A stretch of DNA of 33,706 bases, from NCBI RefSeq assembly GCF_001194135.2, contig NC_068983.1:114043963-114077668 (forward strand). The letters run 5' to 3'. This document shows, piece after piece, positions 1-11,699 of the stretch; position 1 is the stretch's first letter, and every line of letters begins with the position of its first letter. A program made the position numbers and the translations under genes. The notes below the pieces were generated by a model. It was not told the DNA's origin, did not search any database, and saw nothing but the letters and a program-made list of their open reading frames with translations. This DNA is from Octopus bimaculoides. Lineage: Eukaryota.

Positions 1-59
1 TATATATAATACACACACACACACATACATGTATGTATGTATATGTTCATATTCATATT

Positions 60-800
60 TATTATATAAAAGTCAATGTCTTTATGTGTGTTCGTGTGTT
101 ACTACTGCACCGATCCTAATGACATTTGGAACACAAAATCCAAGCCTAGGGAGAAGGGTAATGCTGTGTGCTTCATACAATTTCATGGACCAAAATTACT
201 GAATGGATCCTTATGATATTTGGAACTTACATTCAATGCATAAGGGCGGGTATAATGCAGTATGTTTGGTTTGAATTTGAGCTGGCTTAAAGGGGGAAGA
301 ACCCCCATGAAAATTCATAAATTTTCGATATTGATGAAATTTCAGCCATGGGTAATTCACACACATCAAGAAGTATTCTCAAAGTTTCCGCTTCTCGTGA
401 CGATTCTAACACTCCCTAATGGGGACCTTAATTCCCAAATTTTAGTACTGAATTGATCTTTATGAAATTTGGTAATTATATTCTATGCATAAGGGCCATA
501 GCCACCATGAAAATTCATATATTTTTGCTGTTGATGAAATTTTAACCATGGATATTACACACAAATGAAGTAATCATCATTATCATCATCATCATCGTTT
601 AACGTCTGCTTTCCATGCTAGCATGGGTTGGACGATTTGACTGAGGATTGGTGAAACCAGATGGCTACACCAGGCTCCAATCTGATTTGGCAGAATTTCT
701 ACAGCTGGATGCCCTTCCTAACGCCAACCACTCAGATATTTCTAAAATTTCATCTTAGAAGTTACAAAGACCCCTTCATGGGAACTTAACACCCACAATT
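60..800. repeat. Old interspersed element with diverged ~200-250 bp internal subrepeats (possibly Helitron-like non-autonomous element), interrupted by an RTE tail
   Basis: 196-247 resembles 445-496 (..actgaa..gatc.ttatga.atttgg..a.tta.att..atgcataagggc). 304-373 resembles 504-573 (ccatgaaaattcata.atttt...ttgatgaaattt.a.ccatgg). 737-800 resembles 375-445. The Helitron-like call rests only on the TATATAAAAG-type start and microsatellite context. Confidence 0.4.
573..736 (-). mobile_element. RTE-clade LINE 3' tail fragment (5'-truncated)
   Basis: (CAT)n-cgtttaacgtc.gctttccatgctagcatgggttggacg..., near-identical to the tail of the RT-bearing copy at 22779-24117. Confidence 0.85.
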
Positions 801-2009
801 TAGTTATTTTATCTTAGCAAAGACGAATACAGTTGTACTCTTGGAAGCTGTAGGGTCACTTGAGCATAAAAGATGAGCATTATTTGTAATTCAATGGTAC
901 AACATTGTAAGAGTTTACTTTGAGATATACTTACATTGTGATTTCTGCAATGTGGTGTATAAATTGTTAAGTAAATGAGAAGCATCTTTGCCTCTACTGA
1001 TTCAGTTGCAAAGTGTTCAGTAAAGTTATTTCGTTGCAGACCTCCTATGAGTCTTTTTATTATCACTGGGTCACACATAGTCCCCCGATGGTAACATTGA
1101 TTTCAAGGCCTTCCCAGACGAGTGACTGGTTATTGAAAGACATTTATAGATTGTAAATTTATTTTGTCCAGTTACCTATCGGTATTTTGGTCATTTGCAA
1201 ACTCTAGAGTTGACACTTTCATTTCCCCTTAGCTCTCACGTGTCACAGTTGTTAATGTTTCAGTTGGATCACGCCCTTCCAATTGCTATAGCTCCGTAAT
1301 GCATCTTATGGCTATACCTGTCACCTGTATGGTGAAGACTCCTATATTGGGGAGTAGTAATGATTAGGGTGGGGTAGCTGACTGCTTATTGTGATCATTC
1401 GTCTTTTGGTTTCCTGTAGCTTTACTCTCTTTTACAAACCCAGTGAACATACATATAATTCCTATTTCAAAGAAATTCAAACAATATATACAAGACCCAA
1501 CTTAAAAAGATTCTCAACAATTCAACTTCTCTGGTTGACATTAAGACACCCACTCCCAATAGGGGTCTTAACTCTCACATTTTAGAGCTCCATGACCTCC
1601 ATTTTTCAGGAGCAAAATCCTTTTAACAGGTTACATAAGACTGGAATTTTGGATTCTGCGCATAAAGATCAGTAGTATGGGATGCATGTACCATGATTAG
1701 AATTTTTTTAGGGTGTGCAAAAAGGGAAGAACCCTCATCTGCAATTTTGTTGAAATTCGAATCATATGTATTCCAGTTCCTTACAGAAAATATAACAGAA
1801 AAGTCTAATTCTTCAATTGCATGTAACACAGACAACGCTGGGTATCTCTGCTAGTGATAGCTATTTTGAACAAAATACACAATTCACAAAGTTCAGGTAG
1901 TATACATTTTCAGTTTTCAACCAGTTCAATTTTAAGCATTTAGTAAATTTTCAACATTTTAACATTTTTTTTTTTGTGTGTGCTAGTATGGGTGGACAAT
2001 GTGTTGTAC

Positions 2010-2495
2010 CATCATCATCATCATCATCGTTTAACGTCCGCTTTCCATGCTAATATGGGTTGGACGATTTGACTGAGAACTGGTGAAACCAGATGGCTAC
2101 ACCAGGCTCCAATCTGATTTGGCAGAGTTTCTACAGCTGGATGCCCTTCCTAATGCCATCCACTCAGAGAGTGTAGTGGGTGCTTTTACGTGCCACCGGT
2201 ACGAAGGACAGTCAGGCGGTACTGGCAACGGCCATGCTCAAAATGGTGTATTTTATGTGCCACCCGCACAAGAGCCAGTCCAGGGGCACTGGCAACGATC
2301 TCGCTCGAAAATCCTTACACATGTCATGGGCACAAGTGCCAGAAAGGCGACGCTGGGCACAGGTGCTATCCCGATTTCGCTTTCGCTTGCCCCAATAAGT
2401 CTTCGCAAGCTGAGTTTCATGTCCAATGAAGGAGACGACGTTGGCACAGGTGCCAGTCGTCGAATTTAGTTCGATTTCGATTTCACTTGCCTCAA
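2010..2495 (-). mobile_element. RTE-clade LINE, 5'-truncated, 3'UTR only
   Basis: Same (CAT)n tail plus GC/CpG-rich 3'UTR modules shared with the copies at 6706, 8968, 18251, 23863 and 33471. Confidence 0.85.
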
Positions 2496-5031
2496 TTTCA
2501 TTTAAGGCAGTGTTCTCAAAACTGACTTCACCCTTCCTTTCTTTTCTGACAGCACAGAACACTCATCAGCTAATCAAATTATATCTGAACTAGCATACAC
2601 TAGCTGATACCTTTAATGCTCAGCTGCTCTCTAAGTTCATTTTGGTCTACCTTTAATGTAAACTGACATTACATATTCAGTAGAGTAAACTTGACACAAT
2701 TTCCTTCAGCTTCCATGACTTTCCAATCTCAGCAACTATGAACTATGTTTCACTGTCTTTTAAGTCAGTCATGGGCAAACTTGCAGTCTGTAGAACTTTC
2801 TGAATGGCATGCCTAATTTCTTGTGGACAATAATAGTTGATAAGGCAATCAGCTGATATAATACTTAAATCAGAGAGAATGTAAGGGGGGAAATGAAAAA
2901 CAGTATTGATCAATATATACAGACATTAAGATTTCAGATTTTGTAGCCAATCAGTTTACAAAAGAATAACTACCTACAGCTCACTACCAACATTTTGTCA
3001 AGAAGTCTATTCTAACAGTGAATTTTATTTTTAAAACTGATTTACAATAGATGAGAATGAAGAAATTGTTAGTATTCAACAGTAAGCTATTTGTTGAGAA
3101 ACGATAAGTAAACATGAAGTATATTTGCCACTTAAATGTGGCTAACCGCTGAGGGTGGATGCTACTGTAGCTTGTAGCCCAAGGAGGATACCTCCTCCAG
3201 CTGGCTATTGACACACTTTCTGTACTCTATCAGTATTTGCAAAGGGATGCTATCCTTCCCATCTTCGACCTGATGTGATACGCACGGACCCCCCCACCCC
3301 CACCCGATAAGTAAACAATAGTCATTCATTCTATATATAACTTACTTATAATAAAGAGAAGTTTATGAAAGATTTTTAGAACTTCCAAAGTTACTTGTAT
3401 AAAAGGTTATAAATATATCAGAGAAAAATAATGGAAAATGTATTATGAAACAAGTGCTATCATCACAAAGCAAATCAGAGCATCTGCTGAAAGTAGTCTG
3501 AAACTAGATTTCATTTCAGATTACAATTCTCTTTTAACTATATATTCCGAAAGGGTTGGATATTACACAACTACAGCACTTATACTATCTAAATCAAAGG
3601 TATTGTGCTTAAGAAATTATTTTCAATTAAATTGTAAACATTCTAACAACTGGAGATAAACATATTTTCTTTATTTAAACAACTAATATAAACAGCCAAC
3701 AAAATACAGTTCATAAGGAATATAGAATTAACATGCCAGGTAAATCTAGAAACTGATTAGAGACATGTTAAATCAACATAGAACTTGCTTATTAAAGGTT
3801 GTTTATTTGTTACACATCTGAACTAATAATACAGATAACAAAAAAAAATAAATGAACTGTTATGAACATCAATCAATGATCCATAAATTTTTAACTGCTG
3901 AAAAGAGATGATTTAGGTAAATTAACAAAAAGAAACAGGTAACTTCAAATTGTTTACTTTGAAACTTGAAGGATTCGTTTGTCATTAAGGTATTATACAT
4001 TGAAACTAGTTCAAAATTCTAATTCTACAAATGTTTGGAAATTTACAAAGTATAGACAAAGAGGATATGGGTAAAAACAAGGAATTACACATGAAAATCC
4101 AAGAAAATAACATATTAAATAAAATGCATGAAATCGTAATGGACAGCACTGCTTGATAATTTTTAGACAGATATTAATAGAAAGTCAAAAGGTATCAAAT
4201 GCAGATAATTTATTCTTTGTTACAAAATCAATGAAACCCTAATAAGAAAAAAAACATTAATGATGTGTCATTATCACTTACTGAAACTAACAGACCTAGG
4301 TGCTGACTTTATTTCAGACATTAAACAACACACTATACTGAATATAACCAATAAAGTTCACCAAATACATAGAAAAAATTCTGGAAAAACTGATTAAAAA
4401 CAACAAAAGGAATAAATTCAATTACAAAAGAAATCATTATTAAAAGGAAAACTATCTCTCTCTATCATTAGCTATTTAATGATAAGGAGAATCTTGGTTT
4501 TAACATCTCTGTATTTTTAATTATGCAGGAGAAAATAAAATATTCAGCAAAAGGTTACATAACTGACATTTCTGTATTCAAATCTAGTATTGAAGGTACT
4601 ACAGACATTCTCAACAAGACAAAATCAATCAATCAGTCAATTCAAAATTAGATAAAAACTATTTCATTATTACTATCATTTTATCAATGTTCAGACTGGC
4701 ACAGGCTTGCAATATTGTGATGTTTTCATAACTTAAGTGTTATTTCATTCATAAGGTCAATCAAATAATAACCGAGCGTATAAGATAATGCTCAATCTTA
4801 CTGGTACAACATTTAACACTATGAAAGGCATGGCAATTTTTTACCCATTTTATGGCTTGTTTACATTACATAACCCCAAACTAAGAAAATTTATCTTTCA
4901 TTAGCTAACGCTTCTCATATATCGGTGCACTTAGCGACATTCAACCTTGCCGAGAAGTTAGCATGTAAGATCAGGAATCCAAGGAAATAGATGGCAATCA
5001 GAGTCTAGAGACTGATTAGGACAGGTTAATA

Positions 5032-5272
5032 CAGTGGTTTTTAACCATTTTTTTTTTTTTTACCTCTAGACCCCTTTCATTCCTATATTACTCCAGTAGA
5101 CCCTTATATCATTTGATGTTTAAAAAAAAATCCAATTGTATTGTTATAATTAAATATTATTAGGAATTGTAGAAAAAATTGTTAAAATATTTTGAGTATA
5201 GTAAAATTATGAGCAATTTATTGCAGATAAATTTTAACAAACTCTCATATGGACCCCATTTGAGAACCACTG
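5032..5272. mobile_element. hAT (Charlie-like) MITE
   Basis: Terminal inverted repeats CAGTGGTTTTTAA / TTGAGAACCACTG (11/13 match). Degenerate 8-bp target duplication GGTTAATA / AGTTAATC. 241 bp, non-coding. Confidence 0.75.
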
Positions 5273-5294
5273 AGTTAATCCATTAAAGTTCATA

Positions 5295-5537
5295 GGTTGT
5301 TGGCACTCCGTCGGTAGCGGCGACGAGAGTTCCAGCTGATCCGATCAACGGAACAGCCTGCTCGTGAAATTAACGTGCAAGTGACTGAGCACTCCACAGA
5401 CACGTATACCCTTAATGTAGTTCTCGGGGATATTCAGCGTGACACAGAGTGACAAGGCTGGCCCTTTGAATTACAGGCACAACAGAAACAGGAAGTAAGA
5501 GTGAGAGAAAGTTGTGGTGAAAGAGTACAGCAGGGTT
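5295..5537. repeat. Unclassified CpG-rich interspersed repeat fragment running into a gap
   Basis: CpG-rich island in CpG-poor flanks, abutting an N gap. Resembles an abundant octopus repeat as I recall it (gatccgatcaacggaacagcctgctcgtgaaattaacgtgcaag). Confidence 0.5.
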
Positions 5538-5772
5538 NNNNNNNNNNNNNNNNNNNNNNNNNNNNNNNNNNNNNNNNNNNNNNNNNNNNNNNNNNNNNNN
5601 NNNNNNNNNNNNNNNNNNNNNNNNNNNNNNNNNNNNNNNNNNNNNNNNNNNNNNNNNNNNNNNNNNNNNNNNNNNNNNNNNNNNNNNNNNNNNNNNNNNN
5701 NNNNNNNNNNNNNNNNNNNNNNNNNNNNNNNNNNNNNNNNNNNNNNNNNNNNNNNNNNNNNNNNNNNNNNNN
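5538..5772. other. Assembly gap
   Basis: Run of 235 N. Confidence 1.
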
Positions 5773-6284
5773 GTATGTGCACACACATACACTCACATAT
5801 TTACCAACATAAACAGTATCTGTGCACTGGTGATGGGTTTTTTTTTTTTAAGTCCACAGTTCAGCAGTTCAATGTGCAAAGACCAATGGAATAAAATACT
5901 TTACTAGTAAAACAAGGGTGGCAATAGAAATGACAACCTTAGAATACTGCTTCAAAAAATCTCATTCCACCAAAAACAGCTTGCAAAAAAAAAAACAAAA
6001 AAAAAACAGATGACAATTAACTAACCTGCTTTAACGTACTAACTTTAAAATAAGAAGTAATATTTATCACCATCAAAACATGGCTGTTTTCTAAGAATAG
6101 ACCAATACCCAGGAGGGGTTAAAATTTTTTTTTAGGTCGTTCAATTTTTTTCAACTGATCAATAGACTAATCGATTAAACCTATCAATAATATACCCATA
6201 ATGACTACGGGAAACAGCTGTAGAAATATGTAATGACCATTATTTATACTTTGTCCTATATATATATATATATATATATCATGC

Positions 6285-6505
6285 TCATTTTAACATCCAC
6301 TTTTCCTTGCTTGCATGGGTTGAATGAAGTTTATTAAGACAGATTTTCTACAAATGAATGCTCTTCCAGTTGCCAAAACTCGTTTCCAAGTGAGGTAATA
6401 ATTCATTATGGCCAGACATGTCCTCACAGAATATTCGAAATGGATAGCATAGCCTGTATGACAGTGAAAATGACTTTACAACTATTACACAACTTCAAGA
6501 CTAAG
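6285..6505 (-). mobile_element. Older retroposon 3' portion with an RTE-related tail
   Basis: ttttaacatccacttttcc..gc.tgcatgggttg is a diverged version of the RTE tail. A related diverged segment lies at ~20110-20290. Confidence 0.45.
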
Positions 6506-6520
6506 AAACATTATGTTTAA

Positions 6521-6705
6521 CTCTTTAGCATTTAAACTGGCCATATCTGGCCCAAATATTCTACTTGTTTTCTGTTTAAACTGGCCAGATCCAGCCTGTC
6601 ACACTTACCCTACAATGTCAATCCACAAATAAACAGTAACATCATTAAAATCTCAAGACTTCAAGATAATGCGTGATTAGTTCAAAACAATGTTACTAAA
6701 TAAGC
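6521..6705 (+). mobile_element. piggyBac-type MITE, right end missing
   Basis: TTAA (6517-6520) then CTCTTTAGCATT. Colinear with the MITEs at 12017 and 22168 up to aaataagc, where an RTE copy begins. Confidence 0.75.
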
Positions 6706-7134
6706 TGGCACCCATGCCAACGTTGTCTCCTTCATTGGACACGAAACTCGGCTTGCGAAGACCTGTTGGGGCAAACGAAAGCGAAATCGTGATGGCACCT
6801 GTGCCCAGCAACACCTTCCTGGCACGCGTAAAGACATTCGAGCGAGATCGTTGCCAGTGCCGCTGGACTGGCTCCTGTGCAGGTGGCACGTAAAATACAC
6901 CATTTTGAGCGTGGCTGTTGCCAGTACTGCCTGACTGTCCTTCGTGCCGGTGGTACGTAAAAGCACCCACTACACTCTCTGAGTGGTTGGTGTTAGGAAG
7001 GGCATCCAGCTGTATAAACTCGGCCAGATCAGACTGGAGCCTGGTGCAGCCATCTGGTTCACCAGTCCTCAGTCAAATCGTCCAACCCATGCTAGCATGG
7101 AAAGTGGACGTTAAACGATGATGATAATGATGAT
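6706..7134 (+). mobile_element. RTE-clade LINE, 5'-truncated, 3'UTR only
   Basis: Ends gctagcatggaaagtggacgttaaac(GAT)n. Reverse complement of the 2010-2495 family. Confidence 0.85.
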
Positions 7135-7848
7135 TGTTATTAAGAAACTCAACCAAAATCAAACTCTCAAAAAAACAATTTGTACAATAATACTTTTCTT
7201 AGTCTAAGAGAAAAAGAAAACAGAATTAAAGTGAAATACAATGGTTAACTATTTAAAGTCAAGCATTCTTTAGCTTTTTACTAACTTTGGTCATTGTGAT
7301 ATGGCCATGCTAAGGCACTGACCTCTAGAGTATAGGCAATTGCATCGATCCTACTACTTATTTTATCGACTAGAATGAATGAAAGTGGATTAGGGTAGGA
7401 ATTGAACTTAGAATATAATCAAATGCCACAAAACACTTTACTGAATTTACCATCCACTCATCATATTCAATGAAATAAATGGTTCAATTTTCTGAAAATT
7501 TCAGGTAGTAAGATTCAGAATAAATTTTAATTTAAATAAAATTCAACAGCTCAATATAATTAATCTAGGAAGGATACATAAAAATCCATGTTTGCAAAAT
7601 AGGCCATTATCATTCTTCTAGACAAGTTACATACCCTAAGCAACCATGGACTAAATAATAAAGCCACTCAGGATAACTAGTTATTTTTAAATATTTAAGA
7701 ACTAGGTTTACCTTCAAGATAAAACAAACAAGAAACACACCACACAGATTCTAATCTCAAAATCCAAGATAAATGTAAAGGTTTGTCTAAAATAGCATTC
7801 ATAAAACTGAAGAAAATATTCTCATATACAGATTAAACCTTTTGCAAC

Positions 7849-7962
7849 TATATTTCTAATGAGATTAATTTATGTCATGCAATTAGTTTTGAGTAAAAAC
7901 AAAATCAAGAATTTGGAGGTATTTAATAATATAACCCATTATTATTAATCTAATGTCCAGAA
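7849..7962 (+). repeat. 114-bp segment, inverted partner of 10027-10140
   Basis: Hand alignment shows 4 mismatches in 114 bp, ungapped. Confidence 0.95.
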
Positions 7963-8967
7963 AATAACTTGTGTTTTTCCTACATAATCATGGGGGAAGG
8001 TTTAATTCAAATGTGAACACTTGAAAACAAGTGATATTGTATTGTAGAACTAGAGGTGATCTCAGGCAGATTGAAATCAGCAAAGTCCAAGTTAGATTTG
8101 ATTAGTAACAAATAAATATATAAGATGGAAAGACTAACAAGCACTCTATGAACTTTAAAACTATGATGAACCAGAAGTTATTAACTGATTCTATGAAATC
8201 AAATTGAAAGTAAATGTTAATTTATCTAAATCAATGCCATCAATGTTTATACTTTCATAATAAAGTACGTACTCCAAAGGACTATTAAACTCGTTCACAC
8301 ATCAGACCACATGCTATCTAAACATAACTATGTATGCTGAAAACTGCCTTTCAATGGCAAGGACTCTTTGGAAAAGTGGAGTTTAACATGTCTATAATTT
8401 TGATGGTACTGGTGTTTGCAAATTAAAAGGTTTATTTGTTGTTAGCTAACCAGAGATCAGGGCAATCCATTTAATAAAAACCTCTAAAGGTCTCTTAAAT
8501 ACAAGTACCTTGTATAGCACAGATATCTTTTTTTTTTTTACTCTGGAATTTTAAACCTAGAAATTAGGAATATGCATTATACATAAGAATGAAATAAGTG
8601 CTACTCATTTTCCTCTTTTTTAAATAAAGTTCTAAATTTATATAATTTACATCCCATCGCTGTAAAGTGTTTAGCAAACCAGTAGAGCAGGGTTGAAAGA
8701 ACCCTTTAGTCATGATGAGGATATGACAACCTCTTTGGGACAATGTGACAACACATCCAGTACACTCTGTAAAGCTGAGGTTAAGAAGAGGGGCATCAAG
8801 AAACGAAATGTTCACACAAAACGTGGTTCCCTAACCTGTTTAGAAGGACAGTAGCTCTAAATAAGAACCAACTCAACCCATGGCAGTATAGAAAGAAGAC
8901 ATACCACAATGATGGTGATGAAGTAAAGTTATACATTAATGCTTTTCAGATTTTAAATATATATTTA

Positions 8968-10012
8968 TCATCACCATCATCATCGTTTAACGTCTGCTTT
9001 CCATGCTAGCATGAGTTGGATGATTTGACTGAGGACTGGTGAACCAGATGGCTACACCAGGCTCCAATCTAATCTAGCAGAGTTTCTACAGCTGGATGCC
9101 CTTCCTAATGCCAACTACTCCGAGAGAGTAGTGGGTGCTTTTACGTGCCACCGGCACGAAGAACAGTCAGGCGGTACTGGCAACGGCCACACTCAAAATG
9201 GTGTATTTTATGTGCCACCTGCACAAGAGCCAGTCCAGCGGCACTGGCAACGATCTCGCTCGAATGTCTTTACACATGCCACCAGCACGAGTGCCGTCAC
9301 GATTTCGCTTTCGCTTGCCCCAACAGGNNNNNNNNNNNNNNNNNNNNNNNNNNNNNNNNNNNNNNNNNNNNNNNNNNNNNNNNNNNNNNNNNNNNNNNNN
9401 NNNNNNNNNNNNNNNNNNNNNNNNNNNNNNNNNNNNNNNNNNNNNNNNNNNNNNNNNNNNNNNNNNNNNNNNNNNNNNNNNNNNNNNNNNNNNNNNNNNN
9501 NNNNNNNNNNNNNNNNNNNNNNNNNNNNNNNNNNNNNNNNNNNNNNNNNNNNNNNNNNNNNNNNNNNNNNNNNNNNNNNNNNNNNNNNNNNNNNNNNNNN
9601 NNNNNNNNNNNNNNNNNNNNNNNNNNNNNNNNNNNNNNNNNNNNNNNNNNNNNNNNNNNNNNNNNNNNNNNNNNNNNNNNNNNNNNNNNNNNNNNNNNNN
9701 NNNNNNNNNNCCTCTTCCACAGGTTCCCTCAACTGCTAGGGAGTGGCACTTTTCACACAGCTATCCTCATCCATTCTCGCCACATGACCATACCAGCGCA
9801 ATCGTCTCTCTTGTACACCACAACTGATGCTTCTTAGGTTCAACTTTTCTCTCAAGGTGCTTACGCTCTGACTAGTATGCACACTGACATTACACATCCA
9901 TCGGAGCATACTGGCTTCATTCCTTGCGAGCAGTCACGGCCCATGTTTCACTGCCATGAAGCATGGCTGTTCATACACATGCGTCATACAGTCTGTCTTT
10001 TACTCTGAGTAA
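8968..10012 (-). mobile_element. RTE-clade LINE, 5'-truncated (ORF2 C-terminus + 3'UTR), with target-site duplication
   Basis: Minus strand of 9711-10010 reads LRVKDRLYDACV*TAMLHGSETWAVT..RNEASMLRWMCNVSV..LREKLNLRSISCGVQERRLRWYGHVARMDED, a typical RTE ORF2 C-terminus with stops and frameshifts. The (CAT)n tail is at 8968. TAAATATATATTTA occurs at 8954-8967 and 10013-10026. Confidence 0.9.
9328..9710. other. Assembly gap inside the RTE copy
   Basis: Run of 383 N. Confidence 1.
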
Positions 10013-10026
10013 TAAATATATATTTA

Positions 10027-10140
10027 TTCTGGACATTAGATGAATAATAATGGGTTATATTATTAAATACCTCCAAATTCTTGATTTTGTTTTTTCTCAA
10101 AACTAATTGCATGACATATATTAATCTCAATAGAAATATA
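10027..10140 (-). repeat. Inverted copy of 7849-7962
   Basis: 110/114 identity by hand alignment. Confidence 0.95.
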
Positions 10141-10678
10141 TCTAAGTTTTAAATATATATTTTACAAGAACAAATCTAGGACAGGAAATAAGAACAGGCT
10201 CTCCCATAAAACTCAAACCTTGTATCTATCATGTTTTGAGTGATGATACCCTTCCAAATTAAGCCATAAATAAATCATAAATTTCTTGTGTCACATATCA
10301 CATGAAAATAACAAACATTCATAGACACTGAACATCACCAGATAGCTACCTTCGAAGTGTACACATTGTATGCTTACTACTGATAGCTGTGTCACACACT
10401 TGTTGCTGATGTAGATGTGCTAAAAGGTTTATATATATATATATATATATATCCTAAGTTTGTAGAAGTTGGTTGGGTCTCTTTGGTGTAATCAATGGTG
10501 TCGTGTAATGAATACACAATCCAAGTTTTACCTAGCAAAAGCCTGAGTTAACTGTCAGTTTTTGCTATATTAAACATATCTTCTCGCTCTAATTCAAGTA
10601 AGAGGTCTGTATAAAATGACGTTTGCCATTGTATAACATATATTAATATACATTTTATAATTCTTACATTATGAGATA

Positions 10679-10709
<31 letters not shown>

Positions 10710-11162
10710 ACAGATTAAGGAAAAAATTCCTTCAGAAGGGTGTGTGAAACATCCAATTCACTGGTACATCAGTTGAATACCATATAAATTTTGATGTTTT
10801 AATAATTGTTTATGTTATATTCATAGTATATTTTGTTATAATATAAATAAATTATTGGATTGTCAATTGTATCTCTCAGATTTTATCTATCTATCTATGT
10901 GTGTGTGTGTGTGTGTGTAAGAGAATATATTTATATATATGTATATGTGGGCATGTATGTATATAAAATCTATATTTGTGGTACTATAAATTATCCTTTT
11001 ACTATGATAGTTACTAACGTCAGCAAACATCAGATTTTAAAATGTTGAGTGTACTGATAATTCTTCACACTCATCCAGATTCAGTTGTGAATCAAGAACA
11101 TACGCAGAAAAAGTGAAGACTATTTGACATTTAGAAAAATCACGGAGAACATTAATACTCAC

Positions 11163-11290
11163 TTCAGCATATGGTACATCTTGTTGAAGCTTGAAATCTG
11201 GATTGCCTGATTGAGAGAGTCGAGCAACTTCGCTGTGGTTACCAAGTTTACCCCACACATAATTTTGGACTGCACACTTCAGAGGAAAAA
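11163..11290 (-). CDS. MPI: Internal coding exon of mannose-6-phosphate isomerase (type I phosphomannose isomerase), equivalent to human MPI exon 2
   Basis: Encodes (V)FPLKCAVQNYVWGKLGNHSEVARLSQSGNPDFKLQQDVPYAE. The human N-terminus, recalled from memory, is [42 protein letters not shown] (about 25/42 identical, ungapped). Acceptor tttctttttatcatattttaaAG (phase 1), donor GAA|GTGAGT (phase 0), length 128 bp. Confidence 0.92.
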
Positions 11291-11699
11291 CTTTAAAATA
11301 TGATAAAAAGAAATTAATTAAAAACAAGAAAAATACTAGTAAGTTTATGAAATACATTTATCTGAAAAAAAAAAAAAAATTATCTTGATGCAAAATATAA
11401 AATCAGTAGATAAAATCTTAATGCAGTACATCAAAAAGAACAAATCTATGAAAATAAATATAATTATGGATTCAAACAATATTTTGCATTATTTGTTGTA
11501 CAATTGATCATTTAATTATGCAACAGAGAACAGTTGCAACTTTTTTCTTTTTTCTGTATGATTGGGAGTTAAGTTGTGCTGCCCAAGACATTTGCAGCCT
11601 CCCCAACACTGGAGAGAAAGCAGTTAATGTTACTCTTAAATAGTTACAAGTTGATGGCTGCAGAAAAAAATATGGGCATGGAAAGATTTTCAGATAGCT

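Noticed and set aside
935-1065. Minus-strand open frame (..GGLQRNNFTEHFATESVEAKMLLIYLTIYTPHCRNHN) ending at a GTAAGT donor
   Set aside because: Weak acceptor, no recognisable homology, and it cannot be a later MPI exon because the intervening conserved exons are absent.
1623-1850. 70-aa minus-strand ORF considered as the MPI last exon
   Set aside because: Only vague similarity, and the preceding MPI exons are not present between it and exon 2.
2083-2562. Overlapping ORFs here and at 6677-7121, 9131-9327 and 18179-18596
   Set aside because: All lie in the GC-rich RTE 3'UTR, where stop codons are rare; frames are not conserved between copies.
5412-5894. Long ORFs across N runs (also 9131-9837 and 22835-24032)
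   Set aside because: Artefacts of gaps translated as X.
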